From Solirubrobacterales bacterium (GTDB lineage Bacteria; Actinomycetota; Thermoleophilia; Solirubrobacterales; Solirubrobacteraceae): a DNA stretch of 64,000 nucleotides. The stretch covers positions 6,337 through 70,336 of the forward strand of contig JBBSBL010000006.1 in the NCBI GenBank assembly GCA_038251325.1. Direction: 5' to 3'. The notes beneath the pieces were generated by a model. That model saw only the letters and a program-made list of their open reading frames with translations. It had not been told where the DNA came from and did not search any database. Every line of letters begins with the position of its first letter. Positions within the stretch are counted from its first letter, which is position 1. Of the stretch, positions 19,490 through 28,539 are shown piece by piece. The position numbers and the translations under genes are program-made.

Positions 19490-19843
19490 GTGAGCCCCGT
19501 CGGCGTGGACCTGCTGGAGATCGCCCGCCTCGAGCGGGCCCTGGCCCGCCACCCGCGGCTGGCGGGGCGGCTCTTCACCGACGCCGAGCGGGCCTACGCG
19601 GCGTCGCGCGCGCGACCGGGCCAGCACCACGCCGCGCGGTTCGGCGCGAAGGAGGCGGTGGCCAAGGCGCGGCGCCTGCCCGTCCTGCGGCCGCGCGAGA
19701 TCGAGGTCGCGAACGTCGGCGGGCCGCCGGTGGTGCGACTGCACGGCGCGGCCGCGGCGCGCGCCGAGGAGCTCGGGGTCGCGGTCGAGATCTCGCTCAC
19801 CCACACGCGGCGCGAGGCCGCCGCGGTCGCGCTCGCCGCGTGA
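19490..19843 (+). CDS. acpS: Holo-[acyl-carrier-protein] synthase
   Basis: GVDLLEIARLERAL.., FT..E, AARFGAKEAVAKA and ISLTH. GTG start with a TAGCAT hexamer 7 nt upstream. Confidence 0.85.
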   Translation: MSPVGVDLLEIARLERALARHPRLAGRLFTDAERAYAASRARPGQHHAARFGAKEAVAKARRLPVLRPREIEVANVGGPPVVRLHGAAAARAEELGVAVEISLTHTRREAAAVALAA

Positions 19844-21360
19844 GCCTGCCGGACTGGCTCGAGCCGCTGCCCGGCGCCGCGGAGCAGCGGGCCACCGACC
19901 GCCGTGCGATCGAGGCGCTCGGGATCCCCGGCGTCGAGCTCATGGAGCGGGCCGGGATCGGGCTCGCCGAGGTGGTGGCGGACCGGGTGCCGACCGGCCC
20001 GGTCGTGGTGCTCTGCGGCTCGGGGAACAACGGGGGCGACGGGCTCGTCGCCGCGCGGCGGCTGCGCGAGCTCGGCCGCGAGGTCGACGTGCTGGCCCTC
20101 GGCGATCCCGCCGGGTGGCAGGGCGATGCCGCCGCGAACCGCGACCGGCTCCCCGGTGAGCCGCCCGCCTCGTGGACCGGCGCCGTGCCCGCCGGCGCGG
20201 CCGGCGTCGTCGACGCGATGCTCGGCACGGGCTTCGCGGGTACGCCGCGCGAGCCGGTGGCGGGCGCCGTCGCCGCGCTGGCCGCGGCGCGCGAGGGCGG
20301 CGGCGTGGTGGTGGCCTGCGACGTGCCGAGCGGGGTGGACGCCTCGAGTGGCGAGGCGCCGGGCGCCGCAGTGGCGGCCGACGCCACCGTGACCTTCGAC
20401 GCCGGCAAGCCCGGACTGTGGATCACGCCCGGCAAAGCCCTGGCGGGCGCGGTGACGGTGGTCGACATCGGGATCCCGTCCGAAGCGGCCGCCACGCCGT
20501 CGATCGGACTCATCCGCGACGCGGTGCTCGACGCCGTCCCGCGACGCGGCGCGGACGCGACCAAGTTCACCGCCGGCAGCGTGCTGGTCTGCGGCGGCTC
20601 CACGGGACTCTCTGGCGCGCCCTGTCTCGCGGCGCTCGCCGCGGCGCGGGCCGGCGCCGGGTACGTCACGGCGGGGATACCGGCCTCGCTCGACCTCGTC
20701 GTCGAGGTGCGGCTGCTCGAGGTCATGAGCCTGGCGCTGCCGGAGAGCGGCGGGGCGCTCGGCCCGGACGCGCTCGACCCGGTGCTGGAGCGCACGGAGC
20801 GGGAGGACGCCCTCGTCCTCGGGCCGGGCCTCGGGCGGGGCGAGGCGACCCAGGAGCTCGCGCGCGCGATCGCCTCGCGCGCCGGGCTGCCGCTCGTGCT
20901 CGACGCCGACGGGCTGAATGCGCACGCCGGGCGCCTGGCCGACCTCGCGGGACGTGCGGCGCCGACCGTCCTCACGCCCCACGGCGGCGAGCTCGCCCGC
21001 CTCCTCGGCGTCGAGGGTGAGGCGGTGCGCGCCCATCGCCTCGCCCTGGTGCGGGAAGCCGCCGCGCAGGCCGGGGCGGTGGTGGTGCTCAAGGGCGACG
21101 ACACGCTCGTCGCCCACCCCGACGGGCGGGTGGCCGTGAGCCCGGGCGGCGCGCCGGCCCTGGCCACCGCCGGGACCGGGGACGTGCTCTCGGGCACGAT
21201 CGCCGCGATGCTCGCCAAGCGCCTGGATCCCTGGACGGCGGCGTGCGCCGGCGTGCTGCTCCACCTCCACGCGGGCCGCCTGGCCGGCGCGGCACACGGG
21301 CCCGATGGGGTACTCGCCTCCGACGTCGCGGCCCACCTCCCGGCGTCGCTGGCCCGCTAG
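19840..21360 (+). CDS. nnr: Bifunctional NAD(P)H-hydrate epimerase / ADP-dependent dehydratase (YjeF family)
   Basis: The N-terminal YjeF_N domain has GSGNNGGDG. The C-terminal carbohydrate-kinase-like domain has GPGLGRG and GTGDVLSG. Confidence 0.9.
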   Translation: MSLPDWLEPLPGAAEQRATDRRAIEALGIPGVELMERAGIGLAEVVADRVPTGPVVVLCGSGNNGGDGLVAARRLRELGREVDVLALGDPAGWQGDAAANRDRLPGEPPASWTGAVPAGAAGVVDAMLGTGFAGTPREPVAGAVAALAAAREGGGVVVACDVPSGVDASSGEAPGAAVAADATVTFDAGKPGLWITPGKALAGAVTVVDIGIPSEAAATPSIGLIRDAVLDAVPRRGADATKFTAGSVLVCGGSTGLSGAPCLAALAAARAGAGYVTAGIPASLDLVVEVRLLEVMSLALPESGGALGPDALDPVLERTEREDALVLGPGLGRGEATQELARAIASRAGLPLVLDADGLNAHAGRLADLAGRAAPTVLTPHGGELARLLGVEGEAVRAHRLALVREAAAQAGAVVVLKGDDTLVAHPDGRVAVSPGGAPALATAGTGDVLSGTIAAMLAKRLDPWTAACAGVLLHLHAGRLAGAAHGPDGVLASDVAAHLPASLAR

Positions 21361-21372
21361 GCTCAGGACGAT

Positions 21373-21864
21373 GTGCGATCTCACCGCCCGGCGGGCGTCC
21401 GACTGATGCCCACCGTCGCCGACATCATGGACGTCGACGTCGTCAGCGTGCGCCCGGAGGACGACGTCCACACCGCGATCACGACGCTGCGCGAGCACGA
21501 CCTCCCGGGCATCCCGGTGGTCGACGCCGACGGGCGCTGCGTGGGGATCGTCACCGAGGCGGACCTCGTCCTGCGCGACGAGGCGGCGGACATCAGCCTC
21601 CCGCACCACATCGACATCATGGGCGGGGTCATCTTCCTCGAGTCGACCAAGCACTTCGAGGCGCGGGTGAAGAAGGCGCTGGCCTCGACGGTGGCGGACA
21701 TGATGACCGCCGACCCGGTGACCATCGCGCCCGGTGCGCCGGTCAAGGACGCCGCGCGGCTCATCGCCGAGCGCAAGCACAACCGCCTCCCGGTGGTCGG
21801 CGCGGACGGCAGGCTCGTCGGCGTCGTGACGCGCGTCGACGTGCTCGACGCGCTCACCGCCTGA
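21373..21864 (+). CDS. CBS-pair domain protein
   Basis: Two CBS repeats (VADIMDVDVVSV..IPVVDADGRCVGIVTEADL and VADMMTADPVTI..LPVVGADGRLVGVVTRVDV). The start is GTG at 21373 (TAGGCT hexamer 9 nt upstream) or ATG at 21406. Confidence 0.8.
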   Translation: MRSHRPAGVRLMPTVADIMDVDVVSVRPEDDVHTAITTLREHDLPGIPVVDADGRCVGIVTEADLVLRDEAADISLPHHIDIMGGVIFLESTKHFEARVKKALASTVADMMTADPVTIAPGAPVKDAARLIAERKHNRLPVVGADGRLVGVVTRVDVLDALTA

Positions 21865-21897
21865 GATGACCCACGCCGCGCAGCGGGCCGGGGCCCG

Positions 21898-23013
21898 GTG
21901 ATCCGGGCCGAGGCGGCGGTCGACCTCACGGCCGTCGAGCGCAACTGCGCCTGCCTGCGGGGGGCCCTGGCGCCGGGCGCCGCGCTGTGCGCCGTGGTCA
22001 AGGCCGACGGCTACGGGCACGGCGCCGCACCGGTGGCGCGCGCCGCGCAGGCCGGCGGCGCGGCCTGGCTCGCGGTCTCCACCGCGCAGGAGGCCGCAGA
22101 GCTTCGGGCCGCGGGCGTCGAGGGCCGCGTGTTGGTGATGGGCGCGCTGAGCGCGGAGGAGATCCCGACGGTGCTCGACGCCGCGGCGGACGTCGTGGCC
22201 TGGCGCGAGGCCTTCGTGGCCGCGCTCGCGGCCCACGGCCGCGAGGGGGTCGGCGTCCACGTGAAGCTCGACACCGGGATGGGACGGCTCGGGACGCGGG
22301 ACGCCGACGAGGCGCGCGCGGTCGCGGAGGCCGTGCTCGCCGCGCCCGGGCTGGAGCTCGCCGGGGCGATGACGCACTTCGCCACCGCCGACGCCGATCC
22401 CGAGTTCATGGAGCTGCAGCGCGACCGCTTCGAGCCCTTCGCGGCCGAGGTCCGGATGATGGCTCCGGGCGCGGTGGCCCACGCGGCGAACAGCGCCGCG
22501 ACGCTGCGCGATCCCGGCACGCACTTCGACCTCGTCCGCTGCGGCATCGCGGTCTACGGCATGGACCCGTTCGGCTTCGACCCCGAGGAGCAGGAGCTCG
22601 AGCCCGCGCTCGCCCTGCGCTCCTACGTGGCCGACGTCAAACCCATCGGCCCGGGGGAGAGCGCGGGGTACGGGCGCACCTTCGTCGCCGAGGAGCCGGG
22701 CTGGATCGCGGTGGTGCCGATCGGCTACGCGGACGGCGTGCGCCGGCTGCTCTCCAACCGGGCGGACGTGCTCGTCGACGGCCGGCGGCGCCGCCTCGCG
22801 GGGACGGTGAGCATGGACACGGTAACGGTCGACCTCGGGCCGGCGCCCGACGTCGCCGTCGGCGCGGAGGTCGTGCTCCTCGGGGCGCAGGGCGGCGAGC
22901 GGATCCTGCCGGAGGAGTGGGCGCGCCACGCGGAGACGATCAACTACGAGATCACCTGCGGGATCTCGGACCGCGTGCCGCGCGTCCACCACTCCACCGG
23001 CGACGCGGGGTGA
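21898..23013 (+). CDS. alr: Alanine racemase
   Basis: PLP-lysine motif AVVKADGYGHG, plus PIGYADG and YE..C. Confidence 0.9.
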   Translation: MIRAEAAVDLTAVERNCACLRGALAPGAALCAVVKADGYGHGAAPVARAAQAGGAAWLAVSTAQEAAELRAAGVEGRVLVMGALSAEEIPTVLDAAADVVAWREAFVAALAAHGREGVGVHVKLDTGMGRLGTRDADEARAVAEAVLAAPGLELAGAMTHFATADADPEFMELQRDRFEPFAAEVRMMAPGAVAHAANSAATLRDPGTHFDLVRCGIAVYGMDPFGFDPEEQELEPALALRSYVADVKPIGPGESAGYGRTFVAEEPGWIAVVPIGYADGVRRLLSNRADVLVDGRRRRLAGTVSMDTVTVDLGPAPDVAVGAEVVLLGAQGGERILPEEWARHAETINYEITCGISDRVPRVHHSTGDAG

Positions 23014-23036
23014 GGGAGCGGCCGACGACCGGGGCG

Positions 23037-24428
23037 ATGAGCGACGCGCTGGAACCCGCGCGCGCTGCGCTGGCCGGCGAGCCGGCGTGGCTCGTCGGCG
23101 GCGCGGTGCGCGATCGCCGGCTCGGCCGCGACACGGCCGACGCCGACATCGTGCTCGCCGGCGACCCCGCCCGCGCCGCGCGAGCGCTCGCGCGTGCGGC
23201 GGGAGGAACCGCCTTCCCGCTCTCGGAGGCCTTCGGGCACTGGCGGGTCGTGGGACCCGAGCAGAGGTGGCAGGCCGACCTGACTCCGCTCGGCGGCGCG
23301 TCGATCGAGGAGGACCTGCTTCGGCGCGACTTCACGGTGAACGCGATCGCCGAGCCCCTCGCCGGGGGCGCCGCCGTCGATCCGACCGGTGGCGTCGCCG
23401 ACCTGGAGGCCGGCGTGCTGCGGATGGTCGCGGCCGACGCCTTCGACGCCGATCCGCTGCGGGTCCTGCGGCTACCGCGCCTCGCCACCGAGCTGGGGTT
23501 CGACCCGGACTCCGGCACCGTGGCCGCGGCGCGGGGGCGCGCGCCGCGCCTCGGCGAGGTGGCCGGCGAGCGGGTCTTCGCCGAGCTGCGGCGGATCCTG
23601 CAGTCCGAGCGCCCGCTCGAGGGCATGGCGCTCATGGATTCGGTCGGTGCGACGGACCTCGTCTTGCCCGAGTTGGCGGCGCTGCGCGGCGTGGAGCAGA
23701 GCGCCTATCACCACCTCGACGTCCACGACCACACGCTCGCGGTGCTCGCCGAGGTCGTGGCCCTGGAGCGCGATCCCGCCCCGCTGGGCGAGCACGGCGC
23801 GGCCGCCGCCGCCCGGCTGGCGGGACCGCTGGCCGACGAGCTAAGCGGCTGGGGCGCGCTGCGCGTCGGCGCGCTCTTCCACGACGTGGCGAAGCCCAGC
23901 ACGCGGCAGACGTTCCCGGGTGGGCGGATCGGCTTCCCCGGCCACGACGCCGAGGGCGCCGAGATGGCGCGTGCGGCGCTGACGCGGCTGCGGGCCAGCG
24001 AGCGCCTGCGCGCCCACGTCGGGGGTCTCGCCCGGCACCATCTCCGCCTCGGCTTCCTCGTCCACGACGCCCCGCTCTCGCGGCGCGAGGTCTACCGCTA
24101 CCTCGCCGCGTGCGAGCCGGTCGAGGTCGACGTGACGGTGCTCTCTGTGGCCGACCGCCTGGCCACGCGGGGCCGCAAGGCCGACGAGGCCATCGCCCGC
24201 CACCTCGAGCTCGCTGACGGGATGCTCGGCGAGGCGCTCGCCTGGCGCGACGGGCGCCCGGCGCCGCTCGTGCGCGGCGACGAGCTCGCGGTCGCGCTCG
24301 GCATCGCGCCGGGCCCCGAGCTCGGCCGCCTGCTCGCCGAGGTGGACGAGGCGCGCTTCGCGGGCGAGGTGGTCACCCGCGAGGAGGCGATCGCCTGGGC
24401 GCGGGCGCGGCAGGCCGCGGGCGGCTGA
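23037..24428 (+). CDS. cca: CCA-adding tRNA nucleotidyltransferase / poly(A) polymerase-family protein with HD domain
   Basis: ATG at 23037. LVGGAVRDRRLGR..DADIV, RRDFTVNA, DPLRVLR and an HD region (HHLDVHDHTL, LFHDVAKP). Confidence 0.8.
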   Translation: MSDALEPARAALAGEPAWLVGGAVRDRRLGRDTADADIVLAGDPARAARALARAAGGTAFPLSEAFGHWRVVGPEQRWQADLTPLGGASIEEDLLRRDFTVNAIAEPLAGGAAVDPTGGVADLEAGVLRMVAADAFDADPLRVLRLPRLATELGFDPDSGTVAAARGRAPRLGEVAGERVFAELRRILQSERPLEGMALMDSVGATDLVLPELAALRGVEQSAYHHLDVHDHTLAVLAEVVALERDPAPLGEHGAAAAARLAGPLADELSGWGALRVGALFHDVAKPSTRQTFPGGRIGFPGHDAEGAEMARAALTRLRASERLRAHVGGLARHHLRLGFLVHDAPLSRREVYRYLAACEPVEVDVTVLSVADRLATRGRKADEAIARHLELADGMLGEALAWRDGRPAPLVRGDELAVALGIAPGPELGRLLAEVDEARFAGEVVTREEAIAWARARQAAGG

Positions 24429-24458
24429 GCCGCGGCCGGGCCCGGCGGCCGGAGCTGC

Positions 24459-25222
24459 TCAGTCCAGGTAGCGATGTAGCCAGCGCAGGGTGGCGGGCAT
24501 GGCGTCGTCGCCGTAGGTCTCGGCGTGGCGCATGCCGGGCAGGACGATGAGACGGTTCGGCACGGCCTTGCGCGTCAGGGCCCGTGCGAACTCGCGCGGC
24601 CCGGCGAGCGGGACGAGCTCGTTCGCGCTGTTGAACTGGAGCGTGGGGGCGGAGCTGCGCGTGACGTGCGTCACCGGGGAGGCGACCTGACCCACCGGGC
24701 AGCGCGTCGCCGAGGCGCAGCCGAGGAAGTTGAGCACCAGATCGCGCCGCGTCTTGTCGACCGGGCCGAGTCCGACGCCACTCGAGTACAGGCGGTCGTC
24801 CGGCGGACCCGACCACGAGACCACCGCGTCGGCGTGGCCGGGCGCCCGGCCGGCCGAGCACCCCGAGCGCGTCGACCAGGTACCCGCCGGCGCTGCCGCC
24901 CACGGCGCCGACGCGGCGGGTGCTGGCGCCGTAGCGGGCCCCGTGGGCCCGTACCCAGCGCGCCGCGGCCTGGACATCGCGGACCTGGGCCGGATAGCGC
25001 TTGGTCGTGCAGAGCCGGTTCGCGCGATTCGCGCAGATCAGCCGGTAGTCCACGACCAAGGCGACAAAGCCGCCCCGCGCGAGCTGGTTGCCGAAGCGAA
25101 CCCAGTCGGCCTTGTCCCCGCCGATCCAGCCGCCGCCGTGGACGCCGAGGACGGAGGGACGCCGCTGCGAGCCCGAGGCCGGTAGACGTCGACCAGGACG
25201 AGGGCGGGGCGGGGTCGGGTCA
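24459..25222 (-). pseudogene. Alpha/beta-hydrolase (HSL-like esterase/lipase) interrupted by two compensating frameshifts
   Basis: Segment 1, frame A: MTRPRPALVLVDVYRP. Segment 2, frame A+2, from ~25175 to ~24845: ..RRPSVLGVHGGGWIGGDKADW..VVDYRL..GAVGGSAGGYLV (HGGG oxyanion motif and GxSxG). Segment 3, back in frame A: ..PGHADAVVSWSGP..PTLQFNSANELVPL..LPGMRHAE. Frame A has a stop at 25038. Confidence 0.6.
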
Positions 25223-25237
25223 TGGCGCGGGATCCTG

Positions 25238-26425
25238 TCAGGCCCGGCGCCCCATGCGTCGCACCAGGGCCTCGACGAGCGCCGCGGCCCGCCCGACGGT
25301 GTGGTGGTCGACGTTCGCCGGCGTGTCGCTCGGCCAGTGGTAGTTGGCGGGCGCCTTGTACTCCGTCACCGAGCCGATCGACGCCGAGGGGAAGCCGCGC
25401 CGCAGCGCGATCACGCCGTCGGTCGCGTTGCGCAGGCGCAGCCCGCGCCGCAGCGGGACGCCTGCCTCCGCGGCGGCCGCGGCGACCTCGTCGCGCACCG
25501 CCGCCGGGTAGTCGCGCATCACGAGCATCCCCTCGCCCTCGATCAGCGCGAGCTCCGGCGAGCCCACGGTGTCGAGGCACAGGACCGTGGTCGTCTCCGG
25601 GGAGAGGCGGTCGAGATGACGACGCGCGAAGCCGTCCATGCCCTCCATGAACGACTCCTCGGACCCGGTCGAGACGAGCAGCAGGCGCAGCCCGTGCACC
25701 GGGTCGTCGCGCACCGCCTCGGCCAGGCCGACGAGCACGGCGACCGCGCTGAGGTTGTCGTTCGCGCCGGGCACCACGGCGCGGGAGCCGATGTCGGCGA
25801 AGGCGGCGGCGCTGCCCAGGCTGAGCGCCGTGCCGGCCATGAGCGGCGCGCGCCGGCCGAGCAGCGCGCCGAGCGCGACCAACGCCGGCCCGGCGAGCAC
25901 CGGGGCCATGAGGGGCGGGGAGGTCTCCGCGCGGGCGAGGAGCCCGGGCGCGAGGCGGGTGATTGCGGGCAGGATCCCCGGATGGAAGATGAGGCCCGAG
26001 TGCGCCGCATCGTGATGGGCGACGATGACGAGGGTGCGCTCGGCCTGCCGCTCGCCGGCCTCGGCGACCACGTTCCAGGTGGTGCGCTGCGGGAGCCGGC
26101 GGCGCCAGCGGAAGGCGCCGGAGCCGATGTCGTCCCACACCGCCCACGCGCCGGCGGCCCCGAGCGCCGCGGCGAGCCCGCGGGCACCCCGCCCGCCACG
26201 CAGGGCCGCCAGCCCGCCGAGCGCGGCGGCGCCGGCGGGGAGCCCCAGCGGCCACCAGTAGGTCCCGTGCGCGCGCTCGGGCTCGACCCCGGCCTCGGTG
26301 CCGCGTTCGCGCAGGGCGGCGGCGATCCACTCGGCGGCCTCACGCTCGCCCGCGGACGCCGAGGGTCGCTCGATCGCGGCGAGGCGCTCGATCACGGCGC
26401 GGAGGGTCGCGGGGGAGACCGGCAC
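25238..26425 (-). CDS. M28-family metallopeptidase (aminopeptidase-like) with hydrophobic inserts
   Basis: VIVAHHDAAH, VVPGANDNLSAVAVLVGLAEA, LLLVSTGSEESFMEGM and YHWPSDT. I chose GTG at 26425 so the gene does not overlap the divergent HIT gene, so the start is uncertain. Confidence 0.75.
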   Translation of the reverse strand: MPVSPATLRAVIERLAAIERPSASAGEREAAEWIAAALRERGTEAGVEPERAHGTYWWPLGLPAGAAALGGLAALRGGRGARGLAAALGAAGAWAVWDDIGSGAFRWRRRLPQRTTWNVVAEAGERQAERTLVIVAHHDAAHSGLIFHPGILPAITRLAPGLLARAETSPPLMAPVLAGPALVALGALLGRRAPLMAGTALSLGSAAAFADIGSRAVVPGANDNLSAVAVLVGLAEAVRDDPVHGLRLLLVSTGSEESFMEGMDGFARRHLDRLSPETTTVLCLDTVGSPELALIEGEGMLVMRDYPAAVRDEVAAAAAEAGVPLRRGLRLRNATDGVIALRRGFPSASIGSVTEYKAPANYHWPSDTPANVDHHTVGRAAALVEALVRRMGRRA

Positions 26426-26471
26426 GGCGGCGCAAGCTAGCGGACGCCGGGCCGCGGGTAGGCTTCGCGCC

Positions 26472-26882
26472 GTGGCCGATCCCGACTGCATCTTCTGCGG
26501 CATCGTCGCCGGCGAGCTGCCCGCCACGATGGTCGCCGAGGACGAGCGCACCGTCGCGTTCATGGACATCAACCCGGCCACGCGCGGCCACCTGCTCGTC
26601 GTCCCGCGCGCCCACAGCGCCGACATCACCCAGACCGAGCCCGCCGACCTCGCGGCGAGCATCGCCGCGGCGCAGATGCTGACCCGCCGGGCCTTCGACC
26701 GCCTCGACGCCGACGGCGTCAACGTGCTGAACGCCTGCCGCCCGGTGGCCGGCCAGACGGTGTTCCACGTCCACCTCCACGTGATCCCCCGCTACGCCGA
26801 CGACGGGATTACGCTGCCCTGGATCCCGGCGCCCGGCGACGCCGCCGAGATCGCCGCCGCCGCGGTGGCGCTGCGCGGATGA
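26472..26882 (+). CDS. HIT-family (histidine triad) nucleotide hydrolase
   Basis: CIFCGIVAGELP.., INPATRGHLLVVPR and the histidine triad HVHLHVIP. Confidence 0.85.
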   Translation: MADPDCIFCGIVAGELPATMVAEDERTVAFMDINPATRGHLLVVPRAHSADITQTEPADLAASIAAAQMLTRRAFDRLDADGVNVLNACRPVAGQTVFHVHLHVIPRYADDGITLPWIPAPGDAAEIAAAAVALRG

Positions 26883-27664
26883 GCGGCGATCCGGTCCGGC
26901 TCGAGCGCGAGCCGGGCGGCCTGGCGGTCGTCACGTTCGACGCCCCGCCGCTCAACCTCTTCGACGCCGCGCTCGGCGCGGGCCTCCAGGCCGCGGTGGC
27001 CGCGCTGGAGGCCGAGCCGCCGCGCGCCGTGCTGTTCCGCGCGGAGGGGCGCGCGTTCACCGGCGGGGTCGACGTGCAGGTGTTCGCCGCCCTGGAGAGC
27101 GCCGACGCGGCCACGGCGCTCTTCGCCGACCTCATCGACACCGCGCGCCGCGTCGACGCCCTGCCGTGCCCGACCGTCCTCGCCGCCCACGCGCTCACGC
27201 TGACCTGGGCCTTCGAGCTGGCCCTCGCCTGCGACCTCATCCTCGCCGCCGAGTCCGCCGCCTTCGGCCTCGTCGAGGCGCGGGTGGGCCTCACGCCGGC
27301 GATGGGCGGGACCCAGCGTCTGGCCGAGCGCGCCGGGACCGGTCGCGCGCGCGAGCTGGTGATGACCGGCGAGGTCTACGCCGCCGAGACGCTCGAGCGC
27401 TGGGGCGTGGTCAACCGCGTCCTGCCCGACGCGGGCTTCGACGCCGCCGCGCGCGAGCTCGCCGCCGGCCTCGCCGCCGGGCCGACCCGCGCGCACGCCG
27501 CGACGAAGGCGATCCTCCGCGCCTACCTCGAGGGCGGGCTGGAGCGCGCGAACGGCGCGACGCCGCGGCTCGCCGGGGATCTCTTCGCCACCGGGGACCT
27601 GCAGGCCGGCGTGCGCGCCTTCCTCGACACCGGCCCCGGGACCGCGAGCTTCGAGGGCCGCTGA
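26879..27664 (+). CDS. Enoyl-CoA hydratase/isomerase (crotonase) family protein
   Basis: Crotonase-fold pattern (..RAVLFRAEGRAFTGGVDV.., ..AAHALTLTWAFELALACD.., GLTPAMGGTQRL). ATGA overlap with the HIT gene. Confidence 0.85.
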   Translation: MSGDPVRLEREPGGLAVVTFDAPPLNLFDAALGAGLQAAVAALEAEPPRAVLFRAEGRAFTGGVDVQVFAALESADAATALFADLIDTARRVDALPCPTVLAAHALTLTWAFELALACDLILAAESAAFGLVEARVGLTPAMGGTQRLAERAGTGRARELVMTGEVYAAETLERWGVVNRVLPDAGFDAAARELAAGLAAGPTRAHAATKAILRAYLEGGLERANGATPRLAGDLFATGDLQAGVRAFLDTGPGTASFEGR

Positions 27665-27666
27665 GC

Positions 27667-28527
27667 GTGTCGGCGGCCGTCGCGCCGGACGGCGCGTGGA
27701 TCCACTGGCGGGCGCACGGGCCCGCGGAGCCCGACGGGGAGCCGGTCCTCCTCATCATGGGGCTCGGCGGGAGCGGCGCGATGTGGTGGCGCCTGGTCCC
27801 GCATCTCTCCGCACGCCGCACGGCGATCGTCTTCGACCACCGCGGCACCGGCGACTCCGATCCGGTGCGCCGTCCGCTGGCCATGGCCGACCTCGTCGGC
27901 GACGCGCTCGCCGTCCTCGACGACGCCGGGATCGAGCGCGCGCACGTCGTCGGCGTGTCGCTCGGCGGGATGGTCGCCCAGCAGCTCGCGCTCGCCCACC
28001 GCGATCGCGTCGGCTCCCTCGTGCTCGGCTGCACGAGCCCCGGCGGGCGGCGCGGCGTCCCGCCGTGGCGCCTGCTGGCCAGCGCCGCGGCCCGGCCGTT
28101 CCTCGGGCCGGGCGGCACGTTCGACCTCGTCGCACCGGACCTCTACGCGGCCCGGACGCGGCGCGAGCGGCCCGAGCGCGTGCGCGAGGACTACGAGCGG
28201 CGCGTGCGGGAGGGCACGGACCCGCGGACGATCTGGGCCCAGCTCGCGGCCGCCGCCGGCCACGACGTCCGCGTCCGGCTGAGCGAGCTCGCGGGGATCG
28301 CGACGCTCGTCCTGCACGGCGAGGAGGACCGCCTCGTGCCGCCGGCCCGCGCTCGGGAGCTCGCCGCCGCCATCCCGGGCGCGCGCCTGGTGATGGTCCC
28401 CGACTGCGGGCACCTGCTCGGCACCGACGCCGAGGAGGCGACGAGCGCGGCCATCCTCGAGCACGTGGCCGACGTCGAGCGCGGCGCCCCGGCCGGCCGC
28501 CGGCGCCGCGCCGGCCGCGCGGCCTGA
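27667..28527 (+). CDS. Alpha/beta-fold hydrolase
   Basis: GEPVLLIMGLGGSGAMW, FDHRGTGDS, nucleophile elbow VVGVSLGGMVA, a late GEEDRLVP and a CGH catalytic His region. Confidence 0.85.
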   Translation: MSAAVAPDGAWIHWRAHGPAEPDGEPVLLIMGLGGSGAMWWRLVPHLSARRTAIVFDHRGTGDSDPVRRPLAMADLVGDALAVLDDAGIERAHVVGVSLGGMVAQQLALAHRDRVGSLVLGCTSPGGRRGVPPWRLLASAAARPFLGPGGTFDLVAPDLYAARTRRERPERVREDYERRVREGTDPRTIWAQLAAAAGHDVRVRLSELAGIATLVLHGEEDRLVPPARARELAAAIPGARLVMVPDCGHLLGTDAEEATSAAILEHVADVERGAPAGRRRRAGRAA

Positions 28528-28539
28528 GCGCTCGGCCGC

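Noticed and set aside
19594-22992. Very long ORFs (1132 aa here; also 47433..51014 minus, 53069..56155 plus, 36961..39837 plus, 32573..34447 minus and others) with Arg/Pro/Gly/Asp-rich translations.
   Set aside because: They run antisense to, or out of frame with, genes that have clear family motifs. They have no motifs of their own. They show the composition expected of stop-codon-poor shadow frames in >70% GC DNA.
24373-25059. The 228-aa ORF treated as an independent gene.
   Set aside because: Only its first ~70 codons look like protein (the esterase core). The rest is Arg-rich read-through. It is better explained as the middle segment of the frameshifted alpha/beta-hydrolase at 24459..25222.
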